Positions 1 to 11,026 of a DNA stretch of 64,000 bases are shown one piece after another. The DNA is from Eledone cirrhosa (Eukaryota), in contig OZ024744.1 in assembly GCA_964016885.1 (NCBI GenBank), positions 82,088,001 through 82,152,000 of the forward strand, written 5' to 3'. The notes below the pieces were generated by a model. It was not told where the DNA came from and did no database searches. It worked only from the letters and a program-made list of their open reading frames with translations. The position numbers were made by a program, and so were the translations under genes. Position 1 is the stretch's first letter; each line of letters begins with the position of its first letter.

Positions 1-1127
1 GGGAGCATTCCCAGTTTTGTGAGCCGGGGAGCAGTGGCGCTGCTGAGAAAAGAGCCGAACAAGGGGGATGTTATTGATAATTTCAGGCCCATAACCCTGC
101 TAAACACAGAGTTCAAGATTTTGGCCAAGGTGTTAGCAACGAGGTTGGCGCTTGTCGTCAAGAGTCTGGTGGGAGAGGCTCAGACATGCACCATTCCGGA
201 CAGATCCATACACGACAACCTCCACCTCATGCGATACATCATAGAGAGGGTGGTTAAGGAACCTGGCAAGGGTGGGGCCCTGATCAACTTGGATCAATCC
301 AAAGCATTCGATAGGGTCGACCATCGGTACCTAGCGGCGGTCTTCGAGGCAGCCGGTTTCGGGCCCGTTTTCAGGGGTTGGATCGCAGGAATGTACAGCG
401 ACATCTGCTCAGTTGTGAGGGTGAACGGTCACCTGTCGCAGTCGTTCAGCATCATGCGCTCAGTCCGCCAGGGTTGTCCCCTCTCGTCCCTCTTGTACGT
501 ATTGGCTCTCGAGCCGTTACTGCACAAACTGGGGGTGATGAGGGGCGTCCCACGCGAACTAGGATGCGGGAAATCCGAGTCGGCTTACGCTGACGACGTC
601 ACCGTGGTGGTGTCGAGCACCAGACACGTCCAGATGCTCGGCACCGCTTTCAAGGAATACGAAGCGGTGACAGGAGCAAAGATAAACCAGGAAAAGTCGG
701 TGGGCTTGCAGCTAGGCACTTGGAGAGGCAAGTCCATGCCGTCCGACAGCGTCGTGGGGCGTTGGACGGACGGACCGGTTAAATTGCTCGGGGTCTGGTT
801 CGGACCGGACCTCCAGTGGAGAAAAACTGGAACGCGGTGACGAGCCTCCCTCACCCAGAAATGGGCTGAGAGGAAGCTGTCCCTGAAAGGCCGGGCGGAA
901 GTGGCGAATGCGTACATCGCATCCGTCATCTGCTACCCCCTCACCGTCGTCCCTTGCTCCAGCCCAACTCTCACCAAAATGGAGCGCCTCCTCTTCCGCT
1001 TTTTGTGGAAGGGACGCGCTCCCATGGTCAGACGATCCATCTGCTGTCAACACCCGTTGCGTGGAGTACTGGGAATGCCATGGCTGATGATGCGCAAACA
1101 TGCGCTGAGGCTGCGACATCTCTGGTG
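1..1127 (+). mobile_element. Non-LTR retrotransposon ORF2 reverse-transcriptase fragment (Tx1/L1 clade), frameshifted and 3'-truncated
   Basis: ORFs 19-840 and 901-1170 contain FRPITLLNTEFKILAK, LDQSKAFDRVDH, SVRQGCPLS, AYADD, GAKINQEKS and FLWKG. Same family as 38375-40400. Confidence 0.93.
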
Positions 1128-1979
1128 CTTATATCGCATTTCCTCGCTCCTTAGGGTCACTAAGGATTGAGCCTTTGCCTCCTGGGGTGTGGCAAAAAGC
1201 ACGTCCACGGCGGCATATTTCTTGACTCGGGTGATATGCGTTTTCCGCTGCCTCACAGACACTAAGGCTTTTTGTATTTGAGCCTCTGTGGCTCTTTCAA
1301 CCCTAGGTGATTTTGTGCTTACTGTACAGTGCTGTTGGATTTCTAAAATTTCTTCGGCTGCCTTGCAGATTGCTCGGTGTCCGGTTTTCGTCCTTGCTTC
1401 CTGTAATTCTTCATTTGTTATAAAGATGGTTTCCAGGTTCTTTGCGATAGCTGCAAACGAGATTGGTTTTTCTTTCTTGTTGTTGTTGTTGTCGTTAGAG
1501 CTGCTGTTACTTTTGTTGTTGCTGCTGGTACTACGATCGCCGCCGCCTCTGTTGCTGTTGTTGTTGTTGCTGTTGTTATTGTTGTTGTTGTTGTCGTTGT
1601 TTTTGTTGCTGTTGTGGCTGCTGCTAGTATTTTTCTCGCCCCTGTTGCTGCTGCTGCTGTTATTACGGCTGTTGCTGCTATTCTTCATGACGCCAGACGA
1701 ATGAAATGGCTTTCCGTATTTACCGCACACATCTTTCGTTGTTGCCGTCATCGTGGAGAAATGTTTCACAGTACGCGCGTTCTCTTGATGAAGAACGCTA
1801 CGAGAAACTACATTTTTCTTTTTCTTTAATGGTGTCGCTTGCGAAAGAGTCGACAGAGGCGACACCACATTTAGAGAAGGGAGGGAGAGAGACAATCTTT
1901 TCTCTGGCGTAATGACAATTGGGGAAGAAGAAAACGGAAGGAGAGGGAGTGACTTGTGAACAATTTTTTTTGTAGCCAT
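1128..1979 (-). pseudogene. Probable LINE ORF1/gag-like N-terminal fragment with poly-Asn/Ser tract
   Basis: ORF 1047..1979(-) starts MATKK, has a low-complexity N/S tract, then a segment (KKYAAVDVLFATPQEAK) resembling the RRM of L1/Tx1 ORF1 proteins. It is cut at the junction with the RT fragment. Confidence 0.45.
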
Positions 1980-2115
1980 GGTTTTTTACGGTTTAAAATG
2001 AATATTGGGCACAAATCCCCAATAACTGGTTATTTAACCCCGACGGGCCAAATAACGGGCAGAAAGACTCCTCTCACGGGGAGGAGGGTGTCTTTATCTA
2101 CAATTTGGTGCATAG

Positions 2116-2543
2116 TCACTACTTTAAAACAATAGCGTAAGGTCTTCAAAATGCTTTTAATTAAGCACACAGTGTATTACCAAATACACTATATATACAT
2201 TCATATATACATCGCTATTTCAGAGCACCAATTCTAATTTTCAATTTTTGCTGGACCGGCAACCGCTCTGTATAATCAGTTCCTGATTATTACTTGAATT
2301 CTATAAGAATCCAACATTCATAATTTTCTAAGTGTGCTAAGCTCTGATGAATACCAACAGTATGAAACAGAGATTTTTCAGCTTATCTCCCTTTGTTTGT
2401 TGAAAAAAGAAGTAAGTGACATATTCACTACTGTAAAACAATAGCGTAAGGTCTTCAAAATGCTTTTAATTAAGCATACAGTGTATTACCAAATACACCG
2501 TATATACATTCATATATACATCGCTATTTCACAGCACCAATTC

Positions 2544-2550
<7 letters not shown>
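2116..2550 (+). mobile_element. Non-coding HHR-bearing element, about 1.4 tandem copies of a 309-bp unit
   Basis: 2116-~2240 is repeated at 2425-2550 and ends in (TA)n. Related copies lie at 22760-23305. Confidence 0.75.
2338..2385 (+). ncRNA. Type I hammerhead ribozyme motif (stem III degenerate)
   Basis: taagct CTGATGA atac caaca gtat GAAA cagagatttt TC agctta; stems I and II pair perfectly. Confidence 0.7.
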
Positions 2551-2640
<90 letters not shown>

Positions 2641-2729
2641 GCATACACATACATACATGTATGAATATGGAAACAAGGGTAAACAATAGGGCTAGCCATC
2701 AGAATTCTATTTCTTCAATACATATCATA

Positions 2730-2793
<64 letters not shown>

Positions 2794-2868
2794 CACCTCA
2801 TTTACATAGACGATAAAACTATATATTCTCGCCTGTTTTCAAGTCCGACAATCGCAAGTGTGGGAGGG

Positions 2869-2912
2869 ATCGTCCTGATGAGAACCAGTTTAGTTCGAAA
2901 TGCATCGACGAT
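2869..2912 (+). ncRNA. Minimal type I hammerhead ribozyme, intact
   Basis: atcgtc CTGATGA gaac cagttta gttc GAAA tgca TC gacgat: 6-bp stem I, 4-bp stem II, palindromic stem III (ATGCAT), AUC cleavage triplet. Confidence 0.88.
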
Positions 2913-3059
2913 TGTCTCTCTTGCTTGCGCTGGACACGACCAGGTGGCGATAGCTACCGGTGTTTTTGCAAAGCCACGACTTTCTAAATGCTTATTTATA
3001 AACATACCGTATTTCTTTAGAAATACGAAATTCCATTACATAGCTCGAAGCTAAATTCT

Positions 3060-3138
<79 letters not shown>

Positions 3139-3153
3139 TCTCTCTCTCTCCCC

Positions 3154-3247
<94 letters not shown>

Positions 3248-3328
3248 TCTCTCCTCTCCCTCTCTCTCTCTCTCTCGCGCGCTCTTTATATATATATAAT
3301 TATACACACACATACATTTATATGCTTA

Positions 3329-3370
<42 letters not shown>

Positions 3371-3387
3371 CATATATATATATATAT

Positions 3388-3607
3388 ATATTGTTATACT
3401 TTGGGAGGGTTATGTTGCCAATAAGAACACACGCACCAGTTGCTTTCACTTCAATTTAATTTAATATATATTTATAAATTTACAAATTTATAAATTTCTG
3501 GTTGGTTGGTTGGTTCTTATTGGCAACATGACCCTCCCAAAGTATAACAATATCGGTTTCAACACACGATTTCAGATAAAGAATCTTGCTAAACAAATTC
3601 AGAAACG

Positions 3608-3612
<5 letters not shown>
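3388..3612. mobile_element. Foldback PLE 3'-end fragment in (TA)n
   Basis: tattgttatactttgggagggttatgttgccaataagaac is inverted at ~3513-3553. The same terminus family occurs at 36400, 37790-37870, 50515-50640 and 51420. Confidence 0.7.
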
Positions 3613-3659
<47 letters not shown>

Positions 3660-3731
3660 TCTATAATTTTATTAGACCCGATCGTACTTCTGGTATTGAC
3701 ACTTTCATAAAAATGATATGGTCTTGTGATA

Positions 3732-3803
<72 letters not shown>

Positions 3804-3929
3804 TCTGTATAATGGTAGCTATGGTGCTTCCATAGGCGGTATTCCAAAATTAACACTCAATATTCTTACAGAGCAGAGTGTGGATAGTATAAAAGAACGA
3901 AAAATCAGTGATGCTTCTGGACTCAGTTT

Positions 3930-4030
3930 ATTGCGTGTTACAATTGTTTCGCCGGCAGGTAGCTCGAGACATGATCACTGTATGGATCTGGCTGGTTCTA
4001 CGGCTGCAGGTTCCTTCGGACACATGCAAT
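3930..4030 (-). ncRNA. Degenerate hammerhead-like motif
   Basis: Minus strand: attgcatgtgt ccgaagg...gccg...cggc GAAA caattg TA acacgcaat. Stems I and III are good; the core deviates from CUGANGA. Confidence 0.35.
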
Positions 4031-4399
4031 TCTTTAGGAGCAAATTTTCTCACTGGTGTTATCGTCAAAAAAGCACCCTCAAAAAATATCTTCCACTCTT
4101 GTCATGCCATTAGCTGTTGTTTTACTACGTCCTAAATTCTGGTCACTATTTACTGCTACACGGGTCATCAGCCATTTTCCGTCCGACACACTTCAATGGA
4201 GCCATGCTGGGTTTGGTATTTCACACGTCTGTTCACACTCCTGAGTATGTACCCACATATACACACACACATACACACGCGCAGACACACACACATGCAT
4301 GCATACACATATGTACGCACATATTGGTAATGTATACATGCTTGACCGTTTTACATACAACGACTGCCCTGGGAAAGAGATTAGGAAACACTATAGGAC

Positions 4400-7330
4400 C
4401 GCAGGACAGACAAATTTAGATAATATTAACGCCACGACAAAAAATATACTGACGGGGCTAGGATTAGATGAAAGGACAATTATATGTACCTAGAAAACCT
4501 CGGATATCTATTAAGGACCATACATTAGACTTTAGAACTAAACTACCGGTTAGGTTAATAACATCCTCAAAATCTGACTTAGGCAGGACCAGCAAGAATA
4601 TCATAGACAGGATACTACCGGTACTTAGAAACAAAACTAGGCTGAGCCTATGGACCTCCAATAAGGAGGTAATTGACTGGTTCTCGTTAGTAGGTGACAA
4701 GCAACAAGTAAATTTTATTCAGTTAGACATAGATAATTATTACGCGTCAGTATCTCCGATACTAGTCAATAAGGCCCTCATGAGCGCCATGGCCAGATCT
4801 AGCCTCACTAGGGAGGAGACCAACCTCATAGTAGCAGCCAGAAAGACGCTAATTAGATTCGAAGACAAGTTATGAAAGAGGACGGACAGACCCGACAGTT
4901 TTGATATCACCATGGGGTCGAGCGACTCGGCGCAGGTGACCGACCTTGTGGGGATATATCTAATCCATAGGTTAAAGGAGGAGATCCCGGGGATCGGCGG
5001 TGGAATATACAGAGACGACGCACTTTTCACCTTCCGTTCCCTAAATCCCAGCCAGATGGAGCGTATGAGAAACCGCATATCGCATTTTTTAAAACAACAC
5101 GGCTTATCCGTGACAATAGATCCTAGCACTAAGACGGTCAATTTCCTGGACGTTAACTTGGAAATAAATACGGGCCTCCACCGACCGTATCACAAGCCCA
5201 ACGAGAACCTGCAATATGTGTAGAGGCAATCGAATCACCCCAAGTCAGTCATAGAAGCTATAGTTAAAGGGGTATCCAAACGCGTATCCACCCTGTCGGC
5301 GAACGCAGACGTGTTTAAACAGCACGCCGAATATTATAATGAAGCACTGCGCAGGGCCGGTTACACAGACACCATACTGTATACCCCGGACAGGGAAGAG
5401 CCAAGCGATGAGGCGTGCAGTAATGGCAATAGCGGCGGCGCTTCCATAGGTAGAAGAAATGACCCGGTAGCAGTCTCTAGGAACACAAATAGCAACACAG
5501 ATAACATTAATGACACAGGACCGACCGTAAGAAGGACAAAGGCACCCATAGGAGCTAGACCACCCAGTACGCGGAGACAGTGGCCTGGCACGCACACTGC
5601 ATGCTTCGCGGCAACTGGGACTAGGACAGGACAATGACACGTACGGCCGTGGAACCCGCCTGGGAGCACACCCAGCCTGGTTGTAGTGTTACAGCACCGA
5701 CAGCAGCATCACATATACCTAAGGGAACTAGATGTATAGCCGACAGCACAGAACGACATACACTTAATAACTGAAGGGCATAACCCTGTGCCCACAGCGG
5801 GCACATAGATAGAGACAACACAGGAGATGTCATTGTGGCTGGGCAGAGCACGGAACGGACATCGGGTCCAGGACACACCAGCACGACTCCACGCACGCGA
5901 AGGAACAGATCTAAGGCCGTTACTTGGTTTAATGCGCCTTACTCCAAACATATACACACCAACGTGCCAGGACCTTTTTTTTCCGAGCGTTGGATGAGTG
6001 CTTTCCGCCGACGAACAAGTACCACAAAATCTTCAACCGCCACACGGTGAAGTTTTCCTTCTCCACAACACCTAACATGGCCGACTGCATGGCTAAAACT
6101 AACGCGGTGAAGATGACGAGCAATGGCCGTCAACCGCGGCGACAGAATGACCGTCTATCGGAGCACGGAGGACCACCCGGGGACCGACCCTCAAATGACA
6201 ATCCGGCCCCCGAGGCGGCCGAAACGCCCGTGGAAGGTGATGTGGTCCAACGCCGGGAGGGAACGAGTGGCATAGGGGAGACCACCGTGTCGGCGGAACA
6301 ACACCCTGAGAATCCCGAGAGGGCCATAACAGATCGAGGCCCAGACATTAGATGCGGAAGAACTGACAACAGAACTTGTAACTGCAGAGCGGTCACCCAG
6401 TGCCCCCTACAGGGAAAATGCCCGACGAAGGACCTGATATACAAGTGTGTGGTTAGAACCCAAAGTGCACATCGCACCTACATCGGCGCAACATCCACGA
6501 CCTTTAAATCGCGGATGTATAATAACACGAATTCCTTCAGGGACCGTAGCAAAAGGCACTCCACTAGGTTAGCGGACCTGGTGTGGGACCTGAAAGACCA
6601 AGGCACTCCGTACGCCCTGGAATGGAGTATCGTTCGGCATGCGAGGGCATCCTCGGCTGGAAGTAGAAAGTGCCGATGATGCCTACACGAGGCAATGGAG
6701 ATAGTCAGACTGAAAGATGACGCGGTCAACCTGAAGTCTGAAATTATCATGACCTGCAGACACCAGAGAAATTCACATTTGCAGCATGGAATCCTCCGGG
6801 TAGCACAGGCCAAGGGCATGAGACGGAGTACGCACAGACCCGAGTGGCCCAACGGGATTAAGGGACCTGACACCATACTCTGATGACATTATACGCCCCG
6901 TGTGGCAAACATAAATAAACCAGGGTGCACACCGGACCGCGCACGCAACATTTGGCAGGTACATCGCCTATGCCGGGACCGACTGACACGGAGTCCACGG
7001 TCGTTCAGTCGAATACCCCAAACATATAGAACAGCACACCCCAACCACAGTGACATACCCCAAGGTGACCGGGCCAAGCGTCCCCATGAATGTGTACCTC
7101 GTCAATCGTGAATATATACTCTCCACATGTTCCACTTTGGAACAATTATTATTATTGTTATTATTGTTATTATTGTTATTGTTGTTTGTTCCATACACGG
7201 CCCTAAGTGTGCACCTCATACTACCTGTGTGTAGTATATCACATGAATACACGTACCTTCTCCTTTACCTGCCCCCTTTTTTTATATATCTCTTTGTGAA
7301 GTTATAAACAGATTTTAATGTATTTTAACA
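4400..7330 (+). mobile_element. Penelope-like element (RT + C-terminal GIY-YIG endonuclease), 5'-truncated pseudogene
   Basis: RT motifs KPRISIKDH, LDIDNYYAS, MGSSDSAQVTDLVG, IYRDD, FLDV, YHKPN; WFNAPYS; CNCR..CPL.GKC; IYKC..YIGATSTTFKSR; CRH. Stops at 4873, 5221 and 6677, plus frameshifts. Confidence 0.92.
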
Positions 7331-7369
7331 TATTGTAAATTTATTTTATTTTTTTATATTATCTTATTG

Positions 7370-7986
7370 TTTTTATATGTGAGTTTATGTGTAGACCTGT
7401 GCGTATGTATATGTATGAGTGTGTGTAGATATATATATATACGTGTGTGTGGGGTGTGTGTGTGTATGTGTGCATGTGTACGTATATGCGTGAGTTTATA
7501 TATGCGTGAGTTTATATATGTGTGTGTGTGCATGCATGTACATGTGTCTACATATGTGGGTGTGTGTATATATATGTATATATATATATATAGCTATGTA
7601 TGAGTATGTGTGTGTATGTGGGTGCGTATGTATGTATGTGTGTGTGTATGTATGTATTTATAGGTCTATATATATATTTATATATATATATATGTGTACA
7701 TCTCACAGTAATGTGTACGGATGGATTATATATTCATTTTATTATGTATTATTTTATCATATATCTATTATATATATATATATATATATACATATATATA
7801 TTTATATATATATTATATTGTATTCTATATTGTTATTTTATTGTATATTGTATTTTTATTGTATATTGTATATTTATTTTACGGTTTTGTTTATATATGT
7901 ATATGTGTAAGCATGTGTGTGTAAGCCTCATACGCATATGTGCATGTGTGCATGTGGGTGTCCGTGTGCTTATGTATATATACATG

Positions 7987-8042
<56 letters not shown>

Positions 8043-8690
8043 GGTATGTGTATGCATATGGAGTTATATATATATGTATGCGTGTGTATGTGTGTGTGTA
8101 TGTATTTATGTGTATGTATGTGTATATTGTATGTATGTGTATGTATATATATATATATATATATATATAAGGATATGCGTAGGTATATGTGTGTGCGTAT
8201 GTGTGTGTATATGTGTATGTTTATGTGTGTGTATATACACATATGCACATATGTGTGTATAAGTATGTATGTGTATGTGTGTATATACATGTATGTGTAT
8301 GTATATGTGTGTCTATACATATATGTATATGTGTATGTGTGTGTGTCTGCATGCGTGTGTATGTGTGTGTGTCTATGTACACACACATATATATACATGG
8401 TGTATGTATCTGTTAGTGGGGGTGTATGTGTGTGGGTGCGTACATACACCCACATAGGACAGGGTTTATCTATGTGTATATATGCGGGTACATGTACTTT
8501 TGTGTAGATATATGTACAGGTGTGTGTATGTGTGTGTATGTGTGCTTATGTCTTTGGAAGTGTGTTTGTCCTTGATGCCTATCCATAAGGATATGCGTGT
8601 ATGTGCGTGTGTGTATCTATGTATGTGTCTGAGAGTGTTTGTGTATATATATGCAGATGTGCCCGAACGCCGATATGTATCTTTGTAATT
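7370..8690. repeat. Degenerate (TA/TG)n microsatellite field
   Basis: Alternating purine-pyrimidine runs visible directly. Confidence 0.9.
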
Positions 8691-9978
8691 TATTCGACCC
8701 TCAATGTTGCCATTGACTGACCAACGGTAAAAAATACAGATACAATATAGACACAAACACATATATATATAGTCTATCAAAGTTCTTTCGTTGCACATCG
8801 CAAACATCGTCAGTGGTTCTATTGTTTCCTCCCGTTGCATTGTATGTCTACGCCATCTTTATTTAGTCTGTTTATATATTTATTTATTTGTTTAATTTTT
8901 TGTCTTCTTTGCGCATGCGTTTGTGTGTGTGTATAGTGTTTTGTTTGATGTGTGTTCGTGTTTGGGTGACTGTGTATTGGTTAATGTATTCTATCTTTAC
9001 TAGTGTGTGTTTATATGTGTTTGTTGTTATTGTGCTTGTGTATGTATTTATTTATTTATCTATTTATTTATTTATTTATTTATTTATACTTCTCTCATGT
9101 CAGTGTTGTTTGTTTGAGAGTTGTTGTTATTCCATCCATTTTTTCTGTTTAGCCTTGGCCTTCTAAGTTCTATTTCACTGGCCTCTCTGATTTGCCTATC
9201 TGCTGGGTCATTTTTATGTTTAGATATTATTCTAATTTCTATGTTGTCTATGTTACCGTCATGTTGTTGTCTGGCATGTTCGTATAGTACTGAACCGTTT
9301 TGTTCGTCCTTTTAGTTTCCCCCAGTGTTGGTCTATCCTTTCACCTATGCTACGAGCTGTTTCGCCTATGTATGTTATTGTCATGTTTCTGCAAGTACCC
9401 TCTGTACATCTTATGCTATAGACTACGTTTCTAGTTTTACAGTTTATCCGGAGGTTTACTTTACATATGATACATTTCCTATTAGTACAGTGGGTTTTCT
9501 TAAAAGGGTAGGTTTTGCTGATCAGGGATTTTATGGTGGTTCCTGGCTTTTCTACCACCTTAATCTTTAAGTGGGTCTTTCTCAGGGCCTTTTTACACTG
9601 GTTAGCTAATTTCCCTCCAGGGGTAGCGTCCACAAACATGACACTCTGGTATCCCTGTTTGTCGTACCATGAGGTGGCTTTCCCTATTTTATGTTTAGCC
9701 CTATCTAAGCTATTCCATGATTTGCTCCTGTATAATGGGCAAATTCCTTTCATGTCCAGTTATATGAGGGTCTTATACTTCTCTGTGGCTCCTTCGTATA
9801 CTCTGATTCTGTCTCTTTGGTTGTAGCCAGAGAACTGCAGGCGGTTGATGAAGTGTTGGATGTGTCTTTCCATTTCTGTTGGGTCGTACATGCGGGATAC
9901 GTTCTTCATCACTCGTACCAAGTCTGCGATCAGAATATTAAACTTAGCACTACTGGACATTGCTGAGTTTTTGAGTAT
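8690..9978 (-). mobile_element. Penelope-like element 3' fragment (thumb + GIY-YIG + 3' UTR with HHR), copy 1
   Basis: ORFs 9760-9981 and 9259-9753: FSGY, VMFVDATPGG, IKVVEKPG, C..C..C, VVYSIRC..C, YIGETARSIGER. Near-identical to 36884-37678. Confidence 0.9.
8770..8822 (-). ncRNA. Type I hammerhead ribozyme motif in PLE 3' region
   Basis: Minus strand: aacca CTGACGA tgtttgcgatgtgcaac GAAA gaac TT tgat. Homologous to the copies at 36574 and 51620. Confidence 0.65.
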
Positions 9979-10241
9979 CATGTATATATATATATATATA
10001 TATATATACGAATATGCGAGTTCATGTGGGCATGTTTATGCATGTGTATGCTCGTGTTGGTGTATATATTTCTTTTAAAAAAAACATATTGAAGACAGAA
10101 GACAGAAAAAAACCCAAGTAAATAAAGAAAAAAAGAACAGATCAAAACAAAACAAATCAACTAAAAGCATGAACGAATGAACTAAAGATGTTAAAAGAAA
10201 TATACAACAACAGGAACAAGAACAAGAATATCAATATCAAT

Positions 10242-10281
<40 letters not shown>

Positions 10282-10329
10282 GCGTATCTATTAACAACAA
10301 TATTTGCGTAAAGTATAACAACATCAACG

Positions 10330-10359
10330 TCTATCACCATCATCATCATTATCATCATT

Positions 10360-10417
<58 letters not shown>

Positions 10418-10880
10418 ACAACAACAACAACAACAATATTATCAAAAAGAACAAACCAAACAAACATGAACAATCGACGACGACAACATCGAGAATATCA
10501 AAACGACAACGACAATTAACAACAACAACGACAATATCAAAACGATGACAACAACAACAACAACGACAATATCAAAACGATGACAACAACAACAACAACA
10601 ACAACAACGACAATATCAAAACGATTACAACAACAACAACAACATCGAGAATATCAAAAGACAACGACAACAACAACAACAACAACGACAATACCAAAAC
10701 GATGACAACAACAACAACGACAATACCAAAACGACAAGGACAAACACGACAACAACAGCAACAAGAACAACATCGACAATATCAAAACGACAAAGACAAC
10801 CCCCCCACACCATCACCACTACCACCACCACCACAACAACAACAATAATAACAACAACAACAACAAGAACAAACGAACAA
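10330..10880. repeat. (CAT)n/(CAA)n microsatellites and a degenerate 'acgacaatatcaaaacgatgacaacaac' minisatellite
   Basis: Direct reading. Confidence 0.85.
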
Positions 10881-11026
10881 ACATGTAAAAACACTAGGGG
10901 ACAAAAAATACCATAAAAAAAATCCAGTAGCGAAAGGCGTAATAATCATCTTGCGGAAACATGAAGAATCCTCGGGAGTCAAACATGAATTATACATAGA
11001 ATATCTAGGTTGTACTCTTCAAACTC

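Noticed and set aside
6677-6679. In-frame TGA in the PLE endonuclease C-x-x-C region as possible selenocysteine
   Set aside because: It falls at the hydrophobic position (KCR*C vs CRLC in the 18679 paralogue), not at a Cys, and the copy has other stops and frameshifts.
6870-6930. CTGATGA right after the PLE ORF as a hammerhead
   Set aside because: No convincing GAAA/stem III/NUH partner could be found by eye.
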